Positions 9,388-18,934 of a DNA stretch of 64,000 bases are shown in pieces. The notes beneath the pieces are model-generated. The model made no database searches and was not told the origin of the DNA. It saw only the letters and a list, made by a program, of their open reading frames with translations. The DNA lies in NCBI GenBank assembly GCA_038888155.1, contig JAWAJB010000003.1, forward strand, positions 1 to 64,000, written 5' to 3'. The DNA comes from Desulfurococcaceae archaeon (GTDB taxonomy: Archaea; Thermoproteota; Thermoprotei_A; Sulfolobales; Desulfurococcaceae). A program made the translations under genes and the position numbers. The stretch's first letter is position 1; every line of letters begins with the position of its first letter.

Positions 9388-10518
9388 ATGGGCGGGAAGA
9401 CAACTCTTTCTATTATAAAGGCAGACGTTGGAAGCATAGCTGGGCACCACATTGTGCACCCAGATCTACTCGCGTCAGCTACTAAAACCCTCGCAGAAGC
9501 TAAGCAGAGAGGCGTCCTCATAGACTTTTATGTAACACACGTAGGAGACGACCTACAACTAATAATGACTCACGAGAGGGGGCCAGACAACCAGGATATT
9601 CACGGATTGGCCTGGGACGCGTTTAGGTCTGCTGCTAGAGTAGCAAAGGAGCTGAAGCTGTACGCAGCCGGGCAAGACCTCCTCTCTGACTCGTTTTCGG
9701 GGAATGTAAAGGGATTGGGGCCTGGCGTCGCTGAACTGGAAATGGAGGAAAGAGCCTCGGAGCCCGTAATCACTTTTCACGCAGATAAAACAGAGCCGGG
9801 GGCATTCAACCTCCCCTTGTTCAGAGTTTTCGCAGACCCGTTTAATACAGCAGGGCTTGTAATAGATCCTAAAATGCACGGCGGTTTCGCCTTTGAAGTA
9901 TACGATGTCTTTGAGGGCAAGAGCGTCTTGCTGAATGCACCAGAGGAAATATACGATATACTGGCTCTCATTGGAACTACTGGTAGGTTCATTATAAGGA
10001 AGATATATAGGAAAAGCGATAAGCTGCTTGCAGCTACTGTAAGCGTAGAGAGGTTGAACCTCATCGCGGGGAAGTACATTGGAAAAGACGACCCAGTTGC
10101 TATTGTGAGGGCTCAACACGGTCTGCCTGCTGTTGGGGAAGTGCTCGAGGCTTTCGCTTTTCCGCACTTAGTTGCAGGGTGGATGAGGGGTAGCCACTAC
10201 GGCCCCATAATGCCTGTACCAATGAAATACGCTAAAGTTACTAGGTTTGATGGTCCGCCTAGGGTAATTGCCCTCGGGTGGAATATAAACAGAGGCAGGC
10301 TAATAGGCCCCGTAGACCTATTTGACGACGTAGCCTTTGATGAGACTAGAAGGCTGGCTCAACACATTGCAGATTACGTGAGGCGCCACGGTCCCTTTAT
10401 GCCGCACCGCCTCGGACCAGAGGAAATGGAGTACACCACTCTGCCCGAAGTCCTCGAGAAATTAAAGGACAGGTTTACTAAAGTAGAGGAAGCCAAGGCT
10501 CCTAAGAGCAACAGCTAG
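9388..10518 (+). CDS. fbp: Fructose-1,6-bisphosphate aldolase/phosphatase
   Basis: IKADVGS.AGH, YAAGQDLL, DKTEPGAFN, YIGKDDP, GWMRGSH. Confidence 0.97.
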   Translation: MGGKTTLSIIKADVGSIAGHHIVHPDLLASATKTLAEAKQRGVLIDFYVTHVGDDLQLIMTHERGPDNQDIHGLAWDAFRSAARVAKELKLYAAGQDLLSDSFSGNVKGLGPGVAELEMEERASEPVITFHADKTEPGAFNLPLFRVFADPFNTAGLVIDPKMHGGFAFEVYDVFEGKSVLLNAPEEIYDILALIGTTGRFIIRKIYRKSDKLLAATVSVERLNLIAGKYIGKDDPVAIVRAQHGLPAVGEVLEAFAFPHLVAGWMRGSHYGPIMPVPMKYAKVTRFDGPPRVIALGWNINRGRLIGPVDLFDDVAFDETRRLAQHIADYVRRHGPFMPHRLGPEEMEYTTLPEVLEKLKDRFTKVEEAKAPKSNS

Positions 10519-10563
10519 GAGCTATTAATACTCCCTCACTATTTTTATTTTCCAATATGGGCG

Positions 10564-11280
10564 GTGTTCGTGAAGCCTATAATAGCCGTAAACTACAAGG
10601 CTTACTACCCCCACAGCTTTGGAAGGGGAGCCCTAGAGATCGCGAGAGCAGCGGCGAGAGTTCAAAGCGAAGTTAACGTGGAGATAGCTTTAGCTCCACC
10701 TTATACCGAGATACCCAGGGTGCTGGAGGAAGTTAAAGGCACGAGCATAAAGGTATACGCTCAGCACGCTGACCCCTTCGAGCCGGGTGCTATTACCGGC
10801 TACATGCCGCTCGAGGGGCTCAAAGAACTAGGAGTAGACGGCGTTATAATAAACCACAGCGAGCACAGGCTTAACCTCAGCGATATCAACTACTTAGTTA
10901 AAAAAGCCCGCCGCATAGGCTTAAGCGTACTGCTGTGCGCAGATACACCGGAGACAGCCGCAGCGGCTGCTGTCTTAGGCCCAGACATGATTGCAGTTGA
11001 GCCCCCAGAGCTGATTGGAACGGGGATTAGCGTCAGCAGAGCTAAACCGGAGGTTATTACGAGAAGCGTAGACGTAGTTAAGAGGGTGAACTCTAACGTA
11101 AAGCTCCTCACAGGTGCTGGCATTTCTACTGGAGAGGACGTTTACATCGCTATAAGGCTGGGCACTTCAGGTGTCCTCGTGGCATCAGCAGTAGTTAAAG
11201 CCAGCGATAAGTACAGCGTTCTAAGAGAGATGGCGCTAAGTGCCTTGAAGGGGGTGGAAGGCCCGCACGATAAGCAGTGA
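10564..11280 (+). CDS. tpiA: Triosephosphate isomerase, archaeal type
   Basis: VNYKAY, NHSEH, AVEPPELIGTG, GAGI. Confidence 0.96.
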   Translation: MFVKPIIAVNYKAYYPHSFGRGALEIARAAARVQSEVNVEIALAPPYTEIPRVLEEVKGTSIKVYAQHADPFEPGAITGYMPLEGLKELGVDGVIINHSEHRLNLSDINYLVKKARRIGLSVLLCADTPETAAAAAVLGPDMIAVEPPELIGTGISVSRAKPEVITRSVDVVKRVNSNVKLLTGAGISTGEDVYIAIRLGTSGVLVASAVVKASDKYSVLREMALSALKGVEGPHDKQ

Positions 11281-11334
11281 GCGGACTTTTTAATTAAAAC
11301 CCCTAAGTGCACTATTTTATATCTAAGGGAACTA

Positions 11335-11446
11335 GCCGCCGTGGCTCAGCCTGGTAGAGCGCCGGCCTCGTATGGAGTGGAGAGAGCTCCCAAAAAGCCG
11401 AAGTCGAGAAAGCCGGTGGTCGCGGGTTCAAATCCCGCCGGCGGCT
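11335..11446 (+). tRNA. tRNA-Thr(CGT) with a 38-nt intron at 37/38 (11373-11410)
   Basis: GCCGCCG acceptor; CCGGC-CT-CGT-A[intron]A-GCCGG; intron CGAG can pair with CTCG; GGTTCAAATCC. Confidence 0.9.
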
Positions 11447-12897
11447 TAAACTAGAACCTCAACCCTAATCTCGTGAACATTTAACCCGGGTTTGGCGTAA
11501 GACTCAACGACTACATCGCCTGTTTTCAAGTAGCCCTTGTCCTTAACTCTCATGGAGAGAATTTTTACCCCCCGCTCGTGGTCATCCTGCTCTGAAACCT
11601 CTGATGATATATCCACGGGCTGTATGCCATAGTAAATAGTGTACTTCTCTAGTAGTTTTTTATTCCAGCTACCTACGTAAGTATTAACTTTAGGCCTTAG
11701 CCTAGCGACCAGCGGAGCTATTCTGCCAGTCCTCGTGTAAACGATTATAGAGCCATTTAGGCTCTCAGCTAGTGAAATCAAGCCGTGAACGTACTTCTCA
11801 AGTAGGCTTCGAGACTTAATTAGCTTTCTCAGCTGCTCGACCAGCACTTCGGGCATGTTTTGAAGGGCCTTATCTGAAATAGCCCTAGCCCACTTAACTG
11901 CTTCCACTGGGTACTTCCCTATTGCTGTCTCATTTGTGAGCAGAATTGCGTCTACTAAGTTGTATACCGTGCTGTAAACGCCTATTACGTCGCTCCTACT
12001 AGGTCTGTGACCTTCAATCATTGAGTCCAGTATATCTGTGGCAACAACTACAGGCTTGCCTAGCTGCACTGCAGCTCTGGCGATCTGCTCTTGAACTATT
12101 GGTATGTCCTCTATGGGGAAGTGAACTCCGAGATCCCCGCGCGCTATTAGCACTGCGTCAGAGAGCTCGCATATTTTCTGCACGTTTTTAACTCCGCTTG
12201 GCGTCTCTATCTTCGAGAGTATATTCACTCTGCAGTTGTACTGGTCTAAGACGCCCTTAGCCAGTAATATGTCTTGGTCGTCCCTAACGTAACTTAGAGC
12301 TATATAAGTAAACTTGTTTCTACATATGTAGTTTATAAGCTCGAGGTCCTTTCCGCTCAAAAACGGCAAGGGCAACTCTTTTCCTTGGACAACCAGCTTT
12401 CTCCCTGGCTTAAGGGTACCTGAGCCAGTAGCTATGCACTTAGCGAAGTCTCTCCCCACTTCTATAACTCGTAGCTCTACTTCTCCGTCTCCGTACAGCA
12501 CGGTGTCCCCAGGCTCCAGCGCGCTGTAGAACTCCTTTAGTGGAACAGGAACTTCAGTGCTCTCGGGAAATAAGCCGGGCGAGCGGGAGAGGTATACGGC
12601 GTCCCCTCTGCTTACCTGCACTTCGCTAAATCCTCCGCTCCTAACTTGAGGTCCAGGTATGTCGCCAATTATAGACACAACAGCGTCTAGTTCTTCAGAG
12701 GCCTCTATAATTGTCTTGAGGTAATAGCTCCAGGTCTCGGCGTCCCCGAATGACATGTTTATTCTGAAACCAGATACGCCGCTTTTAATCATATCTTTGA
12801 CAGTCTCTACGCTGCTTGAGGAGGGCCCTATTGTGGCCAGTATTTTAACTCCTCTAGTAGAGTTGTGCGCTTTCCTTGCCTCCTGCATAACGCTCAT
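11446..12897 (-). CDS. pyk: Pyruvate kinase
   Basis: KILATIGPSS, FRINMSFG, SKIETPSGV, IARGDLG, DAILLTNETAIGKYP. Confidence 0.96.
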   Translation of the reverse strand: MSVMQEARKAHNSTRGVKILATIGPSSSSVETVKDMIKSGVSGFRINMSFGDAETWSYYLKTIIEASEELDAVVSIIGDIPGPQVRSGGFSEVQVSRGDAVYLSRSPGLFPESTEVPVPLKEFYSALEPGDTVLYGDGEVELRVIEVGRDFAKCIATGSGTLKPGRKLVVQGKELPLPFLSGKDLELINYICRNKFTYIALSYVRDDQDILLAKGVLDQYNCRVNILSKIETPSGVKNVQKICELSDAVLIARGDLGVHFPIEDIPIVQEQIARAAVQLGKPVVVATDILDSMIEGHRPSRSDVIGVYSTVYNLVDAILLTNETAIGKYPVEAVKWARAISDKALQNMPEVLVEQLRKLIKSRSLLEKYVHGLISLAESLNGSIIVYTRTGRIAPLVARLRPKVNTYVGSWNKKLLEKYTIYYGIQPVDISSEVSEQDDHERGVKILSMRVKDKGYLKTGDVVVESYAKPGLNVHEIRVEVLV

Positions 12898-13177
12898 ATG
12901 CGTATAGCCTCAATAAAGGGGTGAAGAGCACTGCTTTCTAATCAGGTAAAACCAGTATATTTAACTTGCTCCTCGAACAGACCCTGCGATGAGGGCGGAC
13001 GTTCTCGTAAGAGCTACTCAGCGGCCTTCAGAGCGGTTAACAGCCCTTAGTTCAAGGAAACTGAGGAGGCAAATCCCACGTTGAGAAAGCATTGAAAGTT
13101 TCGGAAGTGTGCCGCGAGGAAACAGCGAGAAATAAATATTTAAATAAGTGCTGTATTCGGGTATAGGGGGGCTAAAC

Positions 13178-13312
13178 TTGAAGTGGGTAGTAGAGGAAGA
13201 GTGGGAGGAAGAAGAAGAGGAAGAGGAGTGGGAAGAAGAAGGAGAGTGGGAAGAAGAGGAGTGGGAGGAAGAGGAAGAAGAGTGGGAAGAGGAGGAAGAA
13301 GAGGAGTGGTAG
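13178..13312 (+). CDS. 44-aa Glu/Trp-rich acidic microprotein
   Basis: TTG...TAG; MKWVVEEEWEEEEEEEEWEEEGEWEEEEWEEEEEEWEEEEEEEW; GAA/GAG codons mixed in frame; GGGGGG SD-like site and AT-rich TATA region upstream. Confidence 0.7.
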   Translation: MKWVVEEEWEEEEEEEEWEEEGEWEEEEWEEEEEEWEEEEEEEW

Positions 13313-13314
13313 AG

Positions 13315-13788
13315 CTAGATCATTGAGAGAATACATTTAACGTTTTTTATTAACTTCTCCGAGTACATGTCCTCATTAAATCTCAGCGCAATTGGCACGC
13401 ACTTGTCCGTGTTGCACGGGGGCGCGTCTACGCTAATTAGGTAGAAATTCCCTCTCCCTCTAAGCTCTCTCTCGAGGCTCTCTACGAGCTCGCTCAACTG
13501 GGTAACCCCTGTGATCAAGGATGCCAGCAGTAAGCCTCTGTTCTTAATCCTGTTTATCCTTGGCGCGTGCATAGCGTAGTGAATAGCCCCCTGTATTAAT
13601 TGTAGGGGGGACTCCACCATGCTTAAAGGCAAAAGCGCAACGGGCTTGTCAGGAGAGACCCCTCTGCGAGAAATCTCTTCAGCTAAACTCCCGCTGCTCT
13701 CGCAAAGGTAGGTGTAAACACGTATGCTTTGATCCCGCCACTCTAGCTCTAGTCTAGTTTCGCCGTTCTTTGTTTCGCATTTTAGCAC
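13315..13788 (-). CDS. Probable KEOPS subunit Cgi121-like protein
   Basis: RIKNRGLLLASLITGVTQLSELV resembles the Cgi121 core; size fits. Confidence 0.5.
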   Translation of the reverse strand: MLKCETKNGETRLELEWRDQSIRVYTYLCESSGSLAEEISRRGVSPDKPVALLPLSMVESPLQLIQGAIHYAMHAPRINRIKNRGLLLASLITGVTQLSELVESLERELRGRGNFYLISVDAPPCNTDKCVPIALRFNEDMYSEKLIKNVKCILSMI

Positions 13789-13807
13789 GCTCGTTCCCTT
13801 AGTTAAC

Positions 13808-14035
13808 CTAGGCCTCTACTAGCGCCTCTGGAGGTTGCTCCTTCCTCCTCGCCGAGACTTTAACTAAGTGCGTTATGTACCCCGCTATTCGATTTCTAAT
13901 TCTCTTAGAGGATGAGCTGATAAGCCTTGCCACAATGGCTTTATTCTTGTTGAAATCCTCTGTGAACAGCCCGGGGTACTTCTCAATGAGCTCCCTTGCA
14001 CTTCTCTTAACTATCTTTGTCCTCACCTTCCCCAT
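13808..14035 (-). CDS. rps17e: 30S ribosomal protein eS17
   Basis: MGKVRTKIVKR..FT.DFNKNK..SKRIRNRIAGYIT. Confidence 0.96.
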   Translation of the reverse strand: MGKVRTKIVKRSARELIEKYPGLFTEDFNKNKAIVARLISSSSKRIRNRIAGYITHLVKVSARRKEQPPEALVEA

Positions 14036-14320
14036 AAAGTTGCACCCTGTAATTTCATACGGGGCTCCATGTATGTAAACGCCCATTAATAAACAGGTTT
14101 ATATATAGCTTAATAAGGTCTTTAATAAGTTGCTCGCGGCGCCCAGACCAGCTCGCTAGCTTTAACTTCTTGAGAGCTGCTTAAAGCCTTGTTCGCCCGA
14201 GCCACGACGTGCCTTGCGCTTTATTTCAGTTGATGTGTAGGGATTGGCCAGAAACTGCCGCATAGCTTAAAGTTAAAAAAAGAACCTGCTACATACTTTG
14301 TCTAAGAATGGTGTTATCCA

Positions 14321-15577
14321 ATGAGCTTCAAAGTTAAGGACCCTTCTCTAGCTGAACTCGGCGAGCTAAAAATACAGTGGGCCGAGAGAAACATGCCTGT
14401 CTTAATGCTCCTCAGGAAGAAATACGGCGGCACAAACCTACTGAGAGGCACTAGAGTAGGAGCAGTTCTCCACGTCACAAAGGAAACGGCAGTTTTAGCT
14501 TTGGCGCTCAAAGAGGCTGGCGCTGATGTAGTCCTTGCCGCGAGCAACCCCCTTTCAACGCAGGACGATGTAGCAGCAGCTCTTGTGAATAGAGGCATAA
14601 GTGTCTATGCGTGGAAGGGGCAGTCCGCGGAGGAGTACTACTGGTGCATAAGTAAAGTAGCTGAGAGCGAGCCTCAAGTAGTAATAGATGATGGAGGGGA
14701 CTTGCACGCGCTTCTCCACGAGAAATACCTAAACGTCGCCGAGGGCGTAGCGGGAGGCACAGAGGAGACAACGACTGGAGTCAATAGGTTGAAGGCCCTA
14801 CAGCGCAGCGGGCAACTAAAGTACCCCGTAATAGCTGTAAACGATTCGTACACAAAGTACTTGTTTGATAACAGGTATGGAACAGGGCAGAGCACTTTCG
14901 ACGGCATACTTAGGGCTACAAACGTCTTAATTGCCGGGAAAACTGTTGTTGTGGCAGGATACGGCTGGGTCGGCAGAGGGATTGCAATGAGGGCGAGAGG
15001 CCTTGGGGCCAAGAGGGTCATTGTAACTGAAGTCGACCCTATAAGGGCGCTAGAAGCTGTCTACGACGGCTTCGAGGTAATGGCTATGATTAAAGCTGCT
15101 GAAGTCGGCGACTTGTTCATCACTGCAACAGGAAACATAGCTGTCATAAGGAGGGAGCACCTGGAGAGGATGAAGGATGGCGCAATGCTAGCTAACTCCG
15201 GTCACTTTAACGTGGAGATATGGATACCTGACCTAGAGGAGCTCTCCGAGGACAAGAAAAAGATCCTCCCCCACGTAGTAGAGTATAGGCTTAGGGATAA
15301 GAGGAAGCTGTACCTACTAGCTGATGGCAGATTAGTGAACCTCGTAGCAGCTGAAGGACACCCGAGTGAAGTAATGGACATGAGCTTTGCCAACCAGTTC
15401 TTTGCCGTAAAGCACATACTCGAGAACAAAGCCAAGCTACCAAAAGAAGTTGTGAGGATCCCGCTAGAAATTGACGAAGCTGTAGCTAGGCTGAAGCTAG
15501 AATCTATGGGCATAGAGCTTGACTTCCTTACGCCGCAGCAGAGAGAGTACCTATCATCTTGGAAGTACGGAACGTAG
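14321..15577 (+). CDS. ahcY: S-adenosylhomocysteine hydrolase
   Basis: [46 protein letters not shown]. Confidence 0.97.
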   Translation: MSFKVKDPSLAELGELKIQWAERNMPVLMLLRKKYGGTNLLRGTRVGAVLHVTKETAVLALALKEAGADVVLAASNPLSTQDDVAAALVNRGISVYAWKGQSAEEYYWCISKVAESEPQVVIDDGGDLHALLHEKYLNVAEGVAGGTEETTTGVNRLKALQRSGQLKYPVIAVNDSYTKYLFDNRYGTGQSTFDGILRATNVLIAGKTVVVAGYGWVGRGIAMRARGLGAKRVIVTEVDPIRALEAVYDGFEVMAMIKAAEVGDLFITATGNIAVIRREHLERMKDGAMLANSGHFNVEIWIPDLEELSEDKKKILPHVVEYRLRDKRKLYLLADGRLVNLVAAEGHPSEVMDMSFANQFFAVKHILENKAKLPKEVVRIPLEIDEAVARLKLESMGIELDFLTPQQREYLSSWKYGT

Positions 15578-15595
15578 TTGCTCTAGCTTTTTAAG

Positions 15596-15669
<74 letters not shown>

Positions 15670-15717
15670 CTTTGTTTATAGAGAGTGTACAAGGGTTTAA
15701 ATTTTCACTCATCCGAG

Positions 15718-16725
15718 TTATAGGTTTGCTCTCGTAGACAGAACGTACTTAGCTGCAGCATCAGCTGCAATAGCTCCTTCAGCTGCAGCTGTCACAATTT
15801 GCTCTAGCTTGTATTTTAGGGGTCCTCCAGCAGCGTCGCCAGCTACAAATACCCCAGGCAAATTAGTGCTCCTGTCTACGTTTACCTTCGCTCTGCCCTC
15901 TTCATCTATTTCTATGCCAACTTTCTTGAAGAATTCTGTTGGGGGATTGAAGCCTATCTCCACGAATACCCCGTCAACCTTCAGCGTAAACTCCTCAGAT
16001 GTCTTCAAGTTAACTACCCTAATACCCTCTACCCTCTGTGAGCCAACTATCTCTTTTACAATAGCACTAGTCAGGAACTCAATTTTTGGGTTTGCTTTAG
16101 CGGCTTTAACGTAGACTTCAAACGCCCTGAAGGAATCTCGCCTGTGTAGAAGGTAGACCTTGGACACGTAATTACTGAGGAACAGCGAGCTAGTTAGCGC
16201 AGAGTTTCCGCCCCCTACAACGGCCACTACTTTGTCCTTGAATAGCGGGCCGTCGCATACAGCGCAGTAGGAAACTCCCTTTCCCAAGAGTCTCTCTTCT
16301 CCTGGGACGCCCAGTTTTCGCTTCTCGCTCCCTATAGCGAGTATAACTGCGTAGGAGGAGAGTTCTCGCCTTGCATTTTTCAGCCTCACGCTCCAGGTCT
16401 GCTTATCCTTGCCCCTGCAAACTTCTACGACTTCGTCCAGCAGTACTGGGATGCCGTATTTCTTAACGTGCTTTACAAATCTATCGACTAGATCGTTGCC
16501 TGTGATCTCAGGCAGCCCCATGTAGTCATCTATTAATGGGGCCTCAGAGACAGTGCCTCCAAGGACTTTTGCAACAACTACAGTGTCCAGCCCGTATCGA
16601 GCTGAGTAAAGTGCAGCTGTAAGTCCTGCAGGCCCTCCTCCGACTACAACCACGTCGTATTTCTCCTTAGTTAGCTGCTCGCCCCTATTTGCAGCCGCAA
16701 TTGTAGTCCTCAACTTAAAAGCCAA
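15718..16725 (-). CDS. trxB: Thioredoxin reductase
   Basis: GGGPAGLTAALY, GKGVSYCAVCDG, VGGGNSA, VFVAGD. Confidence 0.95.
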   Translation of the reverse strand: MAFKLRTTIAAANRGEQLTKEKYDVVVVGGGPAGLTAALYSARYGLDTVVVAKVLGGTVSEAPLIDDYMGLPEITGNDLVDRFVKHVKKYGIPVLLDEVVEVCRGKDKQTWSVRLKNARRELSSYAVILAIGSEKRKLGVPGEERLLGKGVSYCAVCDGPLFKDKVVAVVGGGNSALTSSLFLSNYVSKVYLLHRRDSFRAFEVYVKAAKANPKIEFLTSAIVKEIVGSQRVEGIRVVNLKTSEEFTLKVDGVFVEIGFNPPTEFFKKVGIEIDEEGRAKVNVDRSTNLPGVFVAGDAAGGPLKYKLEQIVTAAAEGAIAADAAAKYVLSTRANL

Positions 16726-16735
16726 GAAAGCTCAC

Positions 16736-17212
16736 CTACAGCGCGCTTTTCCCGCACTTGCTCTTGAGGTCATTTATCTTGTAAATTAAGATCCCAGCTA
16801 AACCAATAGGCGGTATTCCGCGCGGGACGCCAGCTATCCAAACAGCTTTAACCCCGCTGAGCTCCTTCGCGCCGGGCTCATGCTCACCAGAGCAAAGGAT
16901 CAGGGCTGTTTTTCTACAGGCTGATTCCCCGAGCAGCCTTTGCACGTCTACTTCTTCTCCTTCATCCAACAAGTAGTAAAGACAATTGCATCCAATGATG
17001 TTGGCCAAGTCGCCAATCTCCGGCAGAATAATCAGCGGCTTGTTGAGCTTGTACGAAATCCTGTGGGCCTCTGGCACGCCTACCTGCGCGGCTGCGCCAA
17101 AAGGTCTAATTACAACAGGCACCACTCCAGGCACGGCGTAGACTGTTTTTAGGAAATCAGTTAATTTTTGGACGCTGCTCGGAGCATATAGGGCTAAATA
17201 TACCTCGCTCAA
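16736..17212 (-). CDS. DUF2122-like protein (SPOUT-like)
   Basis: SSVQKL.DF.K, GAAAQVGVPEAHRI, conserved position after dcm. Confidence 0.6.
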   Translation of the reverse strand: MSEVYLALYAPSSVQKLTDFLKTVYAVPGVVPVVIRPFGAAAQVGVPEAHRISYKLNKPLIILPEIGDLANIIGCNCLYYLLDEGEEVDVQRLLGESACRKTALILCSGEHEPGAKELSGVKAVWIAGVPRGIPPIGLAGILIYKINDLKSKCGKSAL

Positions 17213-18193
17213 CTAAAGGTCACCCCGCTCAAGCGTGGGCAAGATAAATTCCGCGACGCTCTTAGCAAGGGGGGGAGGCACGGCCTCGCCAATCATGTTG
17301 TACTGCGAATCCCTCCCGCCAATGAAAATAAACGTATCTGGAAAACCGACTAGCCTGGCCTGCTCCCTCACCGTGAGAAGGCGATTTTCATGTGGGTGAA
17401 TAAACCTAGATGACCCGAGAACCGTAGGGGCTATTTCGCCAGGGTCGAGCTTAATTAGGTTTGGAAGCAATTTTCTCGCACCCTGATAGTATACTAGTGC
17501 CTGCCCTCTCTTTAACTTAACAGCTTTCTTCAACTTGCTCCACGGCAGCTCTGGCGGGGGCTCGTGATTTGGGATAAATGGAGCGCCGGGCTCGGGGAGA
17601 CCTTTTAGCGCCTCGTCTACAGTAGTAAGGTACTTCAGCGGAGGAGGCCTTATTGGAACATTGGATATAAAAACTCTTGTTCTCCTGCTGGGAACTCCGT
17701 AGTGCTCTGCCCTTAAGATGTTGAAGTAAACCTCGCTGTAACCGGCCCTTTCGAGCTCATTGCTTATGGCCCCCCTCAAGCCGTTCTCCATTATAGCTGG
17801 CACGTTCTCCATTATGAAAATCCTCGGTCTGCAGTGAGCTACGATCCTTATGAAGTGAAGTGTTAGCTGGCCGCGAGGATCTAGGTACAGCCGATCAAGA
17901 GGATCTCTCTTCCTCTCGGGATTGGCTGCAGTGAAGGGCTCGCAGGGCGGGCTGCCAATTACTAAGTCTACTTCCTCCTCTTTGACAACCCGAGTAATCA
18001 GGCTTCCCGCAATGCTTTTTATGTCCTCGGCCACGACCGTCGTCTGCGGAAAGTTAGCCTTGTAGGTCAAAGCGGCGAACTTGAAGTTATCGATTGCCAA
18101 AAGACAGCGAAATCTCCCCGTCAGGTGAAACCCTAGAGAGAAGCCTCCTGCCCCTGCAAAAAGGTCTATGAACTTGTACATCCGCCCAAGCAC
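17213..18193 (-). CDS. dcm: DNA (cytosine-5)-methyltransferase, orphan
   Basis: DLFAGAGG, GSPPCEPF, ENV, YGVPSRRTRVF, LTVREQARL.GFPD, IGEAVPP. Confidence 0.93.
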   Translation of the reverse strand: MLGRMYKFIDLFAGAGGFSLGFHLTGRFRCLLAIDNFKFAALTYKANFPQTTVVAEDIKSIAGSLITRVVKEEEVDLVIGSPPCEPFTAANPERKRDPLDRLYLDPRGQLTLHFIRIVAHCRPRIFIMENVPAIMENGLRGAISNELERAGYSEVYFNILRAEHYGVPSRRTRVFISNVPIRPPPLKYLTTVDEALKGLPEPGAPFIPNHEPPPELPWSKLKKAVKLKRGQALVYYQGARKLLPNLIKLDPGEIAPTVLGSSRFIHPHENRLLTVREQARLVGFPDTFIFIGGRDSQYNMIGEAVPPPLAKSVAEFILPTLERGDL

Positions 18194-18196
18194 GCT

Positions 18197-18760
18197 TTAT
18201 GCCTGCTCTATTTTCGATACTAAGTAGTCTAGCTTGCTTATTATGTCCCTTATAGTGTTGATCACCCCTTGGTCAGATGCCTCAGAGAGAATATCTCCAT
18301 CCTGCGGACACTGGAAACCGTGAGTGTACGCTTCGTCCACGGTGTACCTCCTCCCACAGCTTTGGCACCTGTAAATAACGTTCTCAAGCTCGTGATTTAG
18401 TAGCACTTCCAGCTTTTCCCTAGCTTTTTTGAGCCTGCCGAGAATAAAAGTCTTAAGCGCTGGCCTATTAAGCCTCCATACGTGGAGCACGCCGACGTCA
18501 ACTCTAATTCTATCTGGCGTCACAATTGCTTCATCGGCCATTTTCTGCAGAATTTTGCGGCCCTCGTTTGACCTCACGTTTGTATCGTCGAGGAGCTTTT
18601 CCTCGGCTAGGTACTCGTTCTTAACCAGGTGGTCCAGAATAGCCTGCGCTGGCTTACCGTACAGTTTCTCGATGAGAGTAGTTGATATGCACAGCAGATC
18701 ATCTCCCTGAGACACATCGTCAACTCTGCTCGCATTTTTTACCGCTCTGCCCTTACTCAA
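18197..18760 (-). CDS. tfe: Transcription factor E (TFIIE-alpha)
   Basis: Winged helix (EEKL...NEGRKILQKM, HVWRLN) plus Zn ribbon CQSC...CPQDG. Confidence 0.85.
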   Translation of the reverse strand: MSKGRAVKNASRVDDVSQGDDLLCISTTLIEKLYGKPAQAILDHLVKNEYLAEEKLLDDTNVRSNEGRKILQKMADEAIVTPDRIRVDVGVLHVWRLNRPALKTFILGRLKKAREKLEVLLNHELENVIYRCQSCGRRYTVDEAYTHGFQCPQDGDILSEASDQGVINTIRDIISKLDYLVSKIEQA

Positions 18761-18934
18761 TAGAAACCCCTTGTCCTACCTTCTTTAAAGTATATTTTGT
18801 TTTTGGGGCTTAATGTTTTTTAAGTTCGGTAGCCATGAAATAGATCCACTAGATCTTTTTAATATTTATTTAAAAAAAGTTTATATAGAAGCCTTTTATA
18901 TTCCTAGCATGAGATTGGCTTAGGTGTATCGCAT

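Noticed and set aside
12985-13065. C/D sRNA starting GCGATGA
   Set aside because: Imperfect C box and no D'/C'/D boxes at convincing spacing.
13195-13310. Simple GAA/GAG microsatellite
   Set aside because: Frame-preserving synonymous variation, periodic TGG codons and expression signals favour a coding sequence.
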